The translations under genes and the position numbers were made by a program. Shown here piece after piece: positions 1 to 8,992 of a DNA stretch of 64,000 bases (positions are counted from its first letter, which is position 1; every line of letters begins with the position of its first letter). Under the pieces are notes generated by a model, which was not told the origin of the DNA, did no database searches, and worked only from the letters and a program-made list of their open reading frames with translations. The DNA is from a bacterium (GTDB lineage Bacteria > Fibrobacterota > Fibrobacteria > UBA11236): positions 16,531-80,530 of the forward strand of contig OMJM01000065.1 in assembly GCA_900299345.1 (NCBI GenBank), given 5' to 3'.

Positions 1-88
1 CGCCGGTGTCGCGGGAGTAATAGGGGCGCGGTCCGGTGGGTGCACAGGCAACCAGGAATAACGGGATGGTGATGTATGCGATTTGGTA

Positions 89-134
89 GGTGGCGATGTA
101 GGGGCGCATGGCCATGCGCCCCTACATCGCCACC
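89..134. repeat. 46-bp perfect palindrome (23-bp arms) straddling the gatA stop codon
   Basis: GGTGGCGATGTAGGGGCGCATGG|CCATGCGCCCCTACATCGCCACC was verified base by base. It covers the last 4 codons and stop of gatA plus 33 nt downstream. Confidence 0.8.
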
Positions 135-1552
135 AATTTTTCAACGGCGTCGGAAACTTGAAACAGTTCCTGCTCAGCAAACGGACGACCGATGAGCTGC
201 AAACCGGTTGGAAGTCCCGCGACCTTACCCGCGGGTAAGGAAAGTCCGGGCAAACCTGCAAGGTTCACCGCCACGGTGTAAATGTCCTGCAGGTACATCG
301 CCATGGGATCCTGAAATACCTTGCCCACCTTCGGCGTGGGCGTAGCGAGCGTCGGCATGGCCACCACATCACATTGCTTGAAGGCGTTGGCGTAATCATC
401 GGTGATGACGCGGCGAACCTTTTGCGCCTGCATGTAATAGGCGTCGTAAAATCCAGAGGACAGCACGTAGGTTCCGAGCAGGATGCGCTTCTTCACTTCG
501 GCCCCGAATCCTTCGGAACGCGTCTTGGCGTAAAGCTCGTAAAGATTTTTGGGTGACTGGGTCCGCGTGGTATAGCGCACCCCATCGTAACGCGACAAGT
601 TGGCCGACGCTTCGGCGGTGGCGATCACGTAATACGTGGCCACGGCATATTTCAGGCTGGGGAGGCTTACTTCCACAATCTTTGCGCCTTCGCGTTCGCA
701 AGCGGCCAGTGCCGCGCGGATCACGGATTCGACTTCGGGATCGAGCCCTTCGCCGAAACATTCCTTGGGAATGCCGATGGATTTTCCCTTCAACCCCTTG
801 CCGATTCCGGCGGTGAAATCCGGAACCTCTTGCGTCGAGGAAGTGTTGTCGTGTTTGTCGTGTCCCGCAATGACGTTCAACAACAATGCCGCGTCCGCGA
901 CGGTGTGCGCAAAGGGGCCGATTTGATCGAGCGAGGAAGCATAGGCCACAAGGCCGTAACGCGAAACGCGTCCATAGGTGGGTTTCATTCCCACGATGCC
1001 ACAGCAGGCGGCGGGCTGGCGGATCGATCCACCGGTGTCCGATCCCAGCGACACGGGCACAGAACCCGATGCCACAGCCACGGCCGAACCGCCGGAAGAG
1101 CCGCCGGGAATTACTGTGGGATCGAGTGGATTGATCGGCGCGCCAAAGGCACTGGTCTCGGAAGTCGCGCCCATGGCGAACTCATCGAGATTGGTTTTGC
1201 CCACGGGAATCGCTCCGGCGGCCAAAAGTCTTTCCACCACGGTTGCATCGTAAGGAGACTGGAAGTTTTCCAGAATGCGCGAGGCACAGGTGGTTTTGCC
1301 CGAGGACACGACGATGTTGTCTTTGATGGCGATGGGAACACCGGCCAGGGGGCCGAGCGCTTCGCCTTTTTCGCGGCGGCCATCCAGGGCGCGGGCTTTT
1401 TCCAGTGCATATTCGGGCAATACGGAGAGGTACGCCTTGAGGTGCTGGGTCTTGCCGATTTGATTCAGCGCTTCCTTCACCACGGCTTCAGCTTGGGTCT
1501 CGCCGCTGCGAACCTTGGAAACTTGTTCTTTAAGGGAAATCATGGAACGCAA
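122..1552 (-). CDS. gatA: Glutamyl-tRNA(Gln) amidotransferase subunit A (amidase signature family)
   Basis: 476-aa ORF with the GatA/amidase signature motifs GGSSGGSAVAVA and GSDTGGSIRQPA and a full-length GatA-like sequence. Confidence 0.9.
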   Translation of the reverse strand: MRSMISLKEQVSKVRSGETQAEAVVKEALNQIGKTQHLKAYLSVLPEYALEKARALDGRREKGEALGPLAGVPIAIKDNIVVSSGKTTCASRILENFQSPYDATVVERLLAAGAIPVGKTNLDEFAMGATSETSAFGAPINPLDPTVIPGGSSGGSAVAVASGSVPVSLGSDTGGSIRQPAACCGIVGMKPTYGRVSRYGLVAYASSLDQIGPFAHTVADAALLLNVIAGHDKHDNTSSTQEVPDFTAGIGKGLKGKSIGIPKECFGEGLDPEVESVIRAALAACEREGAKIVEVSLPSLKYAVATYYVIATAEASANLSRYDGVRYTTRTQSPKNLYELYAKTRSEGFGAEVKKRILLGTYVLSSGFYDAYYMQAQKVRRVITDDYANAFKQCDVVAMPTLATPTPKVGKVFQDPMAMYLQDIYTVAVNLAGLPGLSLPAGKVAGLPTGLQLIGRPFAEQELFQVSDAVEKLVAM

Positions 1553-1559
1553 AAAATAG

Positions 1560-1871
1560 TCAGGAACGCCACCACTTCAGGATGTAAAACGACAGGCCCA
1601 TGCCCAGCAGGCTGCAGACGTTGAACTTGAAGCCAAGTCCGAAACGCGCCTTGATCAAATAAAGATCCACGGCCCAGCCGTTTTCGTTGTAGCCGAGATT
1701 GATGTCCAGCGATTTCACAAAGAAGTTGCGGATGGTATTGTCGAAGCTGCCGCCGCTCATCTCTCCGAATTTTCCGAGGATGTAGCCGAGCGACTCGCCA
1801 AGCACACCGCCAATGATCAAACCGATCACCACGAATAAAAGGATCAAACCGAGGTTTTTATTGCGTTCCAT
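1560..1871 (-). CDS. small membrane protein, DUF4321-like
   Basis: 103-aa ORF with a hydrophobic N-terminal helix (LGLILLFVVIGLIIGGVLG). Directly downstream of gatA on the same strand. Confidence 0.45.
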   Translation of the reverse strand: MERNKNLGLILLFVVIGLIIGGVLGESLGYILGKFGEMSGGSFDNTIRNFFVKSLDINLGYNENGWAVDLYLIKARFGLGFKFNVCSLLGMGLSFYILKWWRS

Positions 1872-1922
1872 GTGATGACTCCTGGGCCTAAAAGATATTC
1901 GCCGGAACCTTCGCGGACAGCT

Positions 1923-2663
1923 TTAAACGTCATAGTCCGCATAGGTGACTTTTTCGAGGCACAACCCTTGGGCCGGGGCCCAGGTGCGCGGCTCTTGAAA
2001 ATCGTCTTTCAGGATGGCTTTGACCAGCCCGGGTGAATGCGCCCCGCGCGCGACGTCGAAACAGGCGCCCACCAACGAACGCACCATTTTGTGTAGAAAT
2101 CGATCGGCCTCCACCCGAATGAGGAAAAAGTCACCATCCTGTAAGGTTTCGGTTCGGATCAGATTGCAGACTGTCGATTTCCCATCATTGCGGGGTATGG
2201 AAAACGGACTGAAGTTGTGTTGACCGACCGCGCTTTCCAGTTCAATCCGGAATTTTTCCAGATCCAGCCTGTAAATCGCCTGCCAGCTCCAATCGCGCAG
2301 AAACACGGTGGGCCGCAAAGCGATGCGATAGAGGTAACGTCGCGAAAGCGCATCATAGCGGGCATGAAACTCCGGGGAGCACGCTTCCGCACGCCGGACC
2401 TGAATGTGGGGACGCAGTAGGGCATTCAGGGAATGGCCGAGACGGCGAGGTTCCAGTTCGCCGTCGAAATCGAAATGGACCACCTGCCCTATGGCGTGAA
2501 CACCGGTATCCGTGCGGCCCGCACCCGTGACACGGACGGGTTGATGCAGCACTACGGCCATGGCGCGTTCCAGTTCATCCTGAACCGAATGGGCGTTTTC
2601 CTGCGTCTGCCACCCGGCAAAAGGCGCTCCAAAATATTCCATCGCGAATCGAAATCGGGCCAT
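1923..2663 (-). CDS. truA: tRNA pseudouridine(38-40) synthase
   Basis: Motifs RTDTGVHA and FLHKMVR, typical of TruA. Start chosen at the internal Met (MARFRF) of the 251-aa ORF. Confidence 0.85.
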   Translation of the reverse strand: MARFRFAMEYFGAPFAGWQTQENAHSVQDELERAMAVVLHQPVRVTGAGRTDTGVHAIGQVVHFDFDGELEPRRLGHSLNALLRPHIQVRRAEACSPEFHARYDALSRRYLYRIALRPTVFLRDWSWQAIYRLDLEKFRIELESAVGQHNFSPFSIPRNDGKSTVCNLIRTETLQDGDFFLIRVEADRFLHKMVRSLVGACFDVARGAHSPGLVKAILKDDFQEPRTWAPAQGLCLEKVTYADYDV

Positions 2664-2760
2664 GCACCAAATTTGCAAAACCCCACCGTGGGGACGTGAT
2701 TCAATCGCGTCCCTACGGCGGGGCCTTTGTACCTTATGCCCTCAATTCCTTCTGTTTGAC

Positions 2761-5700
2761 ATGGCTTCGACCCGATTGCATTCCCTGCGCTCCGCGCTCG
2801 TGATTTCCACGCTGATGCTTTCCCTGTTGGGAAGCCGAGCATTGGCCCGTCCGCTGTTCAAGACCTCCGCCGCAGGCCAGCCGGACACGCTCGAAGTCTT
2901 TGCCATGTATGTGGAATTCACGGATGAGACCGTTGCCAACAACGAAACCGGCACCACGGGCACGGGTATTTTCGGTTCGGATAACGATACTTCGTACACC
3001 TTGGATCCCAATGGTCGGTCGGTTCGCACGGACACGGCATATCTTGCAAAGCATTTCGAATTCGCCCGCAATTATTTCGACAAGGTGTCTGGCGGCAAGG
3101 TGGTCGTTCTGCCCCGATTTTTTCCCAAGCCCGACGGCGCGGGACATGTCACTCCGGTCAAGTTGACCAAGCGCATGAAGTCCTACAATCCAGCGATTGA
3201 GGACAAAAGCAAAAAACAGAAGACCACGGATTTTGAAGCGCAGCGCGCACAGGCATTGATGACCTTCGTCAGCGAATCGGCATCCTTGTTCGAAGGATTT
3301 GTCGGTCCGGACACGCTCAGTAATCCCTTCCGGGTCGCTTTCTCCGAGGCGCGCCAGAACCCCTCTTCGCACCGCTATCGCGCCTTCATGATTTTTCATG
3401 CGGGGCATTCCCGCCTCATCGATGGCGGTACGTTGGGATTCGCGGGGGCCAATACACCCAACGATTTCACCGACTTCTTCGTGACCAAGGGAGATTTCAG
3501 GAATCTGGATTCGGCGACGGACAACAATTTGCCCAGTGGCAAGGCGGTTCCAGAGCGCCGGAGGGATTCATTGGGAGCCGTTGTGAACTCCGGTCGGGAC
3601 ACGGTCACGGAATTCATGATGCTGTCCGAGGCCGCCAGTCAGGACAAGGCCAACTGGGGCATCAATGGAATTCTGGTCAACCAGCTGGCGCGTCAAATGG
3701 GCATGCCCGATGTGTTCGACGTAGTGCAGGGAATTTCCCAACTCGGATATTTCGATGTGATGGATTTTGCCGGGTACAACACCTTGAGCGGATTTTTGCC
3801 CGTGTTTCCCTCGGCGTGGATACGCGCCTACATGGGTTGGGATGCCCCGGTCGAAGTTCCGCGCGGCGCCGGAGCTTCCAGCCAAATGACATTGTACGCG
3901 GCAGATCAGCCGGGTGCGGGGCGTACGCGCACGGCCAAGGTCTCGCTCAACGAGCGCGAATACCTCCTGATAGAGAACCGCCAACGTGCATCGCGTGACA
4001 GCACGGTGACCGTCTATTACTCCAAGCAGAACAACGCCACGGATTACAAGTTCAGCATCAAGGATTCCGTGCGGGTTCCTTATGCGGCCCTCGATTCCAT
4101 TTTTGCGGATTCGACGTGCAAGACATGGGACAACGGATCGTGCAAGACAAAACAACCGAATCCTTATAAACCCAAAGGCCGCGGCATCATCACCGGTGCG
4201 AATCATTACGATGTGGGTTTGCCCGGCAGCGGCATGTTGGTGTGGCATGTCAACGAGTGGTTTCTTGAAACCTTTTTGAAGGCGGGCGTGGTGAACGCCT
4301 ATCTCGGCGACACCTTGAAGAGCCAATACAAAGGACTTGAGCTCGTGGAAGCCGATGGCATTCCCAGCATCGGCAAGCAATTCAAGGATCCGTTGGGGCA
4401 ACCGGCTTTCGATTACGGAACACCGCAGGACATGTTGCCGAACATTTTCCGCCGCAGGACGAATCCGCCCAAGGACACTTCTTGGCGTCCCACGCCTGAA
4501 ACCTTGAGCGTGATTGGAAGCTACGGTTTCGCCAACACCAACTCGTGGAACGATGGTCGTACGCACATCAAGCTCGAGGGTTTGCTGCCCGCGCAGCCGT
4601 TGGTTGCGCGCGCCATTGGGGGATTCACCGGCGATTCTGTATTCACTTTCCGTGATTCGGCATTGACGTTGCGCGTATGGTGGCCCAACGACAGCAGCGT
4701 GGCACGTCCCGCGGGATCCTTGTGGCCGGCGCGTACGGCGCCTTCCGGACTTCCTCAAGCCGTGAACGTGTTGCAAGCGGCCAATGGGAGCGGGCCGTAT
4801 GTCGTCAGTGTTTCGGATACAGGCTTGCTGCAGACGTATGCCGTGGATGGAAAACTCGCATTGGCCACGCGCGATACCGTGCGCGACGCGGGACGTTATG
4901 ACAGCGTGGAGGCCTTGTTGCCTTCAGGGAACACACGGCCCCAAAACGCGGCTCCGGTAAATTCGTTTGCCAATCCGGATGGTGCGCCGGTCGGTGCGTG
5001 TGTTGCAAAAGATTCGATTTTTGTGGTGCTGACCTCGCGTTCATTGCGCTTCATCCGCCCCAATCCGGATTCGTTGAACGGCACGGCGCGCTCCGGCGGG
5101 CAGGTGACCACGATTCCCGTGCGCGGAATGGTGGGACCGATGGCTTGGGGCGGAAAAGTTTTTGTCGTCGATAGTTCCCGTGTATTCCGCGGGTTCAATC
5201 TGAACGGCACACCGGATGATTCGGTTTCATTGCCTGCGGGAAGTTATCACGCCATGGCGGGCCTGTTGTTTGGGGCCACAAAGGATTCGCAGATCGTGAT
5301 TACGGGCACTGGCGGAACGGCGTTGCTGGTCAATGTTTCCATGCGCTACGGTTACGTGGACATGCATCCGGTCTGGGGAGACACGGTGCGTTCCAAGGAA
5401 CACTTCAGTGTTTCGGTTTCGGATTTCGATCGCGATGGCGAGGACGATGTGCTGTTGCTCGGTTCACTTGGAGACGCGTTGCTGATGCATGCCCGTCTCG
5501 ACAAGCAGGGACAGGCGTTCCTTGGATTTCCGCAGCGGTTTTTGCGCAGCGTCGAACTTCTGGATACAGCACAGAAAGTCTACACCACCGAGGATCGCTC
5601 GCCGCCGGCGCTCGCGGACTTGAACGGTGATGGGCATCCCGACATTCTCTTCAGCGGATCGAACCGTGTCTATGCGATCGACTGGCATGGAGCCTGGCTG

Positions 5701-6507
5701 CCGGGCTGGCCATTTCTGCCGCAACCTCATCAAAGCGTGCGCTTCTTCAGTTATCCCGGTGACACGCGCTATCCCGAAACCGTGATCGGGGCGTCGCCCG
5801 TCGTGGTGTCGTTGCATCAGAGTCCCACGGTGCTGCTCGGCACGCCGGACGGATTGATCTACGCCATCAACAGTTCCGGCAAGAAACTGGGGTACAGTTC
5901 GTTCACGTCGGATCAGCAGAATGGCACGGGTGTGCTGATGACGGATCGATCCGACTGGCCGCTCAGCGTGGGCGGTTTGTCCGCGGATTCATTGCGCTCG
6001 CCGTATATTCATCTCACTTTGGCACAGGTGGATTCCTCCCGCTCGGGGGATCTGGAGTTGCTGGCGCAAACAGCTTCCGGCAGTCTCAACGTGTGGACCT
6101 TGCGGGGATCGCTGGCCAAGGCAGGACAGAACTGGCTGACTTCCGGCGGCGATGCGCGACGCAGTTTCCGGCTCGAGGCTGCGATATTGTCAGCTCCGGC
6201 AGCCGCGGGCGCAACTTCGACGATTCAAGAGTTCCATTTGTTTCCCAGCCCTGTGCGGCACGGCGTGGCCACGGTTCATTTGAAAATCGGCGCTGCCGCA
6301 ACGAAGGCGCGAGTGCAGGTTTTCAGCCTCTCCGGACATCCGGTCAAGGAGGAATCGTTTAGCGGACTGACCGAGGGATTGCAGCCGTTCAACCACGTGC
6401 TGGACTTGAGCCATTTGGGTCCGGACGTTTACACGGCATTGTGCGAAGTGTGGTTTCCCGACGGAACGAAATCCTCCAAGTGGGAGCGGTTCGGAGTGGT
6501 GAAGTAA
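2761..6507 (+). CDS. large secreted protein with FG-GAP/beta-propeller-like repeats and a T9SS C-terminal sorting domain
   Basis: Signal peptide MASTRLHSLRSALVISTLMLSLLGSRALA begins at the ATG at 2761. FG-GAP-like segments FDRDGEDDVLLLGS and DLNGDGHPDILFSG are present. The last ~85 aa (FHLFPSPV...VQVFSLSGHPV...GPDVYTALCEVWFPDG...) fit the Por-secretion CTD pattern. No HEXXH motif was found. Confidence 0.7.
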   Translation: MASTRLHSLRSALVISTLMLSLLGSRALARPLFKTSAAGQPDTLEVFAMYVEFTDETVANNETGTTGTGIFGSDNDTSYTLDPNGRSVRTDTAYLAKHFEFARNYFDKVSGGKVVVLPRFFPKPDGAGHVTPVKLTKRMKSYNPAIEDKSKKQKTTDFEAQRAQALMTFVSESASLFEGFVGPDTLSNPFRVAFSEARQNPSSHRYRAFMIFHAGHSRLIDGGTLGFAGANTPNDFTDFFVTKGDFRNLDSATDNNLPSGKAVPERRRDSLGAVVNSGRDTVTEFMMLSEAASQDKANWGINGILVNQLARQMGMPDVFDVVQGISQLGYFDVMDFAGYNTLSGFLPVFPSAWIRAYMGWDAPVEVPRGAGASSQMTLYAADQPGAGRTRTAKVSLNEREYLLIENRQRASRDSTVTVYYSKQNNATDYKFSIKDSVRVPYAALDSIFADSTCKTWDNGSCKTKQPNPYKPKGRGIITGANHYDVGLPGSGMLVWHVNEWFLETFLKAGVVNAYLGDTLKSQYKGLELVEADGIPSIGKQFKDPLGQPAFDYGTPQDMLPNIFRRRTNPPKDTSWRPTPETLSVIGSYGFANTNSWNDGRTHIKLEGLLPAQPLVARAIGGFTGDSVFTFRDSALTLRVWWPNDSSVARPAGSLWPARTAPSGLPQAVNVLQAANGSGPYVVSVSDTGLLQTYAVDGKLALATRDTVRDAGRYDSVEALLPSGNTRPQNAAPVNSFANPDGAPVGACVAKDSIFVVLTSRSLRFIRPNPDSLNGTARSGGQVTTIPVRGMVGPMAWGGKVFVVDSSRVFRGFNLNGTPDDSVSLPAGSYHAMAGLLFGATKDSQIVITGTGGTALLVNVSMRYGYVDMHPVWGDTVRSKEHFSVSVSDFDRDGEDDVLLLGSLGDALLMHARLDKQGQAFLGFPQRFLRSVELLDTAQKVYTTEDRSPPALADLNGDGHPDILFSGSNRVYAIDWHGAWLPGWPFLPQPHQSVRFFSYPGDTRYPETVIGASPVVVSLHQSPTVLLGTPDGLIYAINSSGKKLGYSSFTSDQQNGTGVLMTDRSDWPLSVGGLSADSLRSPYIHLTLAQVDSSRSGDLELLAQTASGSLNVWTLRGSLAKAGQNWLTSGGDARRSFRLEAAILSAPAAAGATSTIQEFHLFPSPVRHGVATVHLKIGAAATKARVQVFSLSGHPVKEESFSGLTEGLQPFNHVLDLSHLGPDVYTALCEVWFPDGTKSSKWERFGVVK

Positions 6508-6520
6508 TCCAGGAGAAAAA

Positions 6521-7006
6521 ATGAAAGTTGAGAACCAAAAAGTCGTGGGTATTGAATACACCCTGAAGAACCACGCCGGGGAAGTCATCGATTCGAACGA
6601 AGGCGAGGATATCCTGCACTTCATTCAAGGCATCGGGAACATCGTTCCGGGTTTGGAAAAAGCGATGCACGGTAAAGCCGCTGGCGATCGTTTTGAAGTA
6701 CTGGTCAAAGCCGCCGAAGGTTATGGCGTCTACGATGAGAAACTTGTGCGCCGCGTGCCGCGCGAAAAGCTCAAGGGCTTGGCGAATGTGAAGAAGGGCA
6801 TGATGGTGCGGTCGGAAAGCCCGGACGGTGAGCAGGTCTTCACGGTGACGCATGTGACCGACACGGAGATCAAGCTGGACGGGAATCATCCGCTGGCCGG
6901 ACAGGATCTCTTTTTCGCCATCCGTGTGGCCGAGGTTCGCGATGCGACAAAGGAAGAATTGGCGCACGGTCATGTTCATGGCCCCGGCGGTCATCATCAC
7001 CATTAA
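6521..7006 (+). CDS. slyD: FKBP-type peptidyl-prolyl cis-trans isomerase SlyD
   Basis: FKBP domain followed by an insert-in-flap region and a His-rich metal-binding tail HGHVHGPGGHHHH, typical of SlyD. Confidence 0.85.
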   Translation: MKVENQKVVGIEYTLKNHAGEVIDSNEGEDILHFIQGIGNIVPGLEKAMHGKAAGDRFEVLVKAAEGYGVYDEKLVRRVPREKLKGLANVKKGMMVRSESPDGEQVFTVTHVTDTEIKLDGNHPLAGQDLFFAIRVAEVRDATKEELAHGHVHGPGGHHHH

Positions 7007-7027
7007 TCTTCAAACAGGAAGAACATC

Positions 7028-7837
7028 ATGAGCGCTTCAGACAAGGTCTTCGCAGGCTCGGTGCCGGAAATTTACGAGACGTATCTGGTCCCTTTGATTT
7101 TCACGCAGTATGCGGCGGACGTGGTGGCCCGGCTGAAGTCGCGGTCGGTGTCGAAGCTGTTGGAAATCGCCGCTGGAACCGGCGCGGTCACCCGCGCCAT
7201 GGCTTCCGGATTGCCCGCGTCCGTTTCCATTGTGGCCACGGACTTGAGTCAGGGCATGCTCGATCAAGCGGCAGCGCGCGGAACCTCCCGCCCCGTGGAA
7301 TGGCGTCAGGCAGATGCGATGTCGCTGCCTTTCGAGGACGGAAGTTTCGACGCGGTGGTCTGCCAGTTCGGCGTCATGTTTTTTCCCGACAGGTCGAAGG
7401 CTTATGCCGAGATTCGCCGCGTGCTCAAGCCGGGCGGAGTCTTCATCTTCAATGTGTGGGATCGGTTGGACAGCAACGCGTATGCGGAAATAACGACGCG
7501 AGCGCTGGAATCCATGTTTCCCAACGATCCGCCACGGTTTCTTCCGCGCACGCCTTACGGATATAATGATCCGGAAATTTTGCGGCAGGATCTTGCCAAA
7601 GGCGGCTTCACGGCGTCGCCGGAGATCATCGCGGTGCCATGCCCCAGCAGCGCGGCATCATGCGAAGCGGTCGCCATCGGCTATTGCCAGGGCACTCCAC
7701 TGCGCGGCGAGATCGAAGCCCGTGGGGGGCAATTAAGCGAAGCCACGAAAGTCGTTGCGGAGGCGCTTGGGAAGAAATACGGCGCGGGCACAGTGAACGC
7801 CCAGATTCAGGCCGTGGTTGTGACCGTTCAGCGCTAA
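7028..7837 (+). CDS. class I SAM-dependent methyltransferase
   Basis: SAM-binding motif LEIAAGTGAVT and a Methyltransf_11-like layout (DAVVCQFGVMFFPD, LKPGGVFIF). Confidence 0.75.
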   Translation: MSASDKVFAGSVPEIYETYLVPLIFTQYAADVVARLKSRSVSKLLEIAAGTGAVTRAMASGLPASVSIVATDLSQGMLDQAAARGTSRPVEWRQADAMSLPFEDGSFDAVVCQFGVMFFPDRSKAYAEIRRVLKPGGVFIFNVWDRLDSNAYAEITTRALESMFPNDPPRFLPRTPYGYNDPEILRQDLAKGGFTASPEIIAVPCPSSAASCEAVAIGYCQGTPLRGEIEARGGQLSEATKVVAEALGKKYGAGTVNAQIQAVVVTVQR

Positions 7838-7845
7838 CCGTAAGG

Positions 7846-8073
7846 ATGAAAGCGCTCAAAATCAAGGTCAAGCCCAACGCCCGCGCGAGTGAGTTGGAAG
7901 AAACCGATGAGGGTTCATGGGTGGCGAGACTCAAATCTCCGCCTGTGGACGGCAAAGCAAATGATGAGCTTGTCGCATTGGTTGCACGTCATTTCAATCG
8001 ACCCAAATCCGCCGTGTCAATCAAAAGCGGTGCTTCGGCACGTATGAAGCTGGTTCAAATCCAGGATGAATAA
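7846..8073 (+). CDS. DUF167 (YggU) family protein
   Basis: 75-aa product MKALKIKVKPNARASELEE...GKANDELVALVARHF with the YggU-like pattern. ATG at 7846 lies inside the longer ORF 7639..8073. Confidence 0.6.
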   Translation: MKALKIKVKPNARASELEETDEGSWVARLKSPPVDGKANDELVALVARHFNRPKSAVSIKSGASARMKLVQIQDE

Positions 8074-8107
8074 ATAGACGTTCGCAGACGATTTTATCTT
8101 TGCCCCC

Positions 8108-8992
8108 GTGTCGAACCAATCTTTCCGCCTCGCCGTCGTGCAATGCAAGGGCAATACCCTGTTGCCCGACCGTTTTGCCCGCCTCAAGGATTTGATCCGC
8201 GAAGCAGCCAAGGGTGGGGGACAGGTCGTGCTGTTGCCCGAACTGATTCTCCACGATTACTTCTGCATCGAGGAAAATCTTCGCCATTTTGATCTGGCGC
8301 ATGGACTCGACGCGGTGCCCGCGAAGGAACTTCAAGCCTTGGCCAAGGAATTGAACGTGGCCGTGGTGCTGCCGTTTTTCGAAAAACGGGCCGCTGGAGT
8401 TTACCACAACTCTGCCGTAGTGTTCGACGCGGACGGATCGGTGGCGGGCCTGTATCGCAAAATGCACATCCCGCATGATCCGGGATTCAATGAGAAGTAT
8501 TACTTCACGCCCGGCGATCTCGGATTCCAAGCCATCGCCACCCGGCACGGCAAGCTCGGCGTGCTCATCTGTTGGGATCAGTGGTTCCCCGAAGGCGCAC
8601 GCGCCACAGCGTTGCAGGGAAGCGACGTATTGCTCTATCCCACGGCCATCGGCTGGGACGACGCAGAGTCCGGACAATTTTCGCCCGAAGAGGCCAAAGC
8701 ACTGGAAGCGCGGCACCTCGACGCATGGATCACGATCCAACGCAGCCATGCCATTGCCAACGGCATCTATGTGGCGGCCGCCAATCGCGTGGGCCGCGAG
8801 GGCCATCTCCGCTTCTGGGGGAATTCCTTCATCGCCGCGCCCGGCGGGGAAATCATTGCACGCATGGATTCGGAAACAGAAGGCGTGATCTTCGCCGACA
8901 TCGATCCTTCCTGCGTAGAGATGGAACGCCGCGTGTGGCCCTTCCTCCGCGATCGCCGCATCGATGCCTATCAAGGATTGTTGGGACGGTGA
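8108..8992 (+). CDS. aguB: carbon-nitrogen hydrolase, probable N-carbamoylputrescine amidase
   Basis: CN-hydrolase E-K-C triad context (LPEL..., RKMH, LICWDQWFPE). GTG start. Its stop overlaps the start of the agmatine deiminase gene as GTGA. Confidence 0.75.
   Translation: MSNQSFRLAVVQCKGNTLLPDRFARLKDLIREAAKGGGQVVLLPELILHDYFCIEENLRHFDLAHGLDAVPAKELQALAKELNVAVVLPFFEKRAAGVYHNSAVVFDADGSVAGLYRKMHIPHDPGFNEKYYFTPGDLGFQAIATRHGKLGVLICWDQWFPEGARATALQGSDVLLYPTAIGWDDAESGQFSPEEAKALEARHLDAWITIQRSHAIANGIYVAAANRVGREGHLRFWGNSFIAAPGGEIIARMDSETEGVIFADIDPSCVEMERRVWPFLRDRRIDAYQGLLGR

Noticed and set aside
236-251. The sequence AAGGAAAGTCCGGGC resembles the RNase P RNA P4 consensus GGAAAGUCCGGGC.
   Set aside because: It lies well inside the conserved gatA coding sequence. 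No flanking P1-P3 or P4' partner sequences are present. It is a chance match within a CDS.
3568-4776. Long ORFs antisense to confident genes: 3568..4776, 8021..8974, 9583..10542, 19228..20436, 28347..29120, 29427..30188, 34433..35398, 35953..36678, 40805..41815, 43502..44767.
   Set aside because: These are typical high-GC antisense-frame artefacts. They are rich in R/G/A/L/P and have no motifs, and each overlaps a gene with strong family signatures on the opposite strand.
2761-6507. Calling the 1248-aa T9SS protein an M6 (immune inhibitor A) metalloprotease.
   Set aside because: No HEXXH or other zinc-binding motif was found anywhere in the sequence.
8572-8988. The 139-codon 5' extension of the aguA ORF (8572..10014 in the six-frame track).
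   Set aside because: The extension lies wholly inside aguB in another frame. Agmatine deiminase homology begins at the GTG at 8989 (MNFFLPAEWEP), which overlaps the aguB stop as GTGA.
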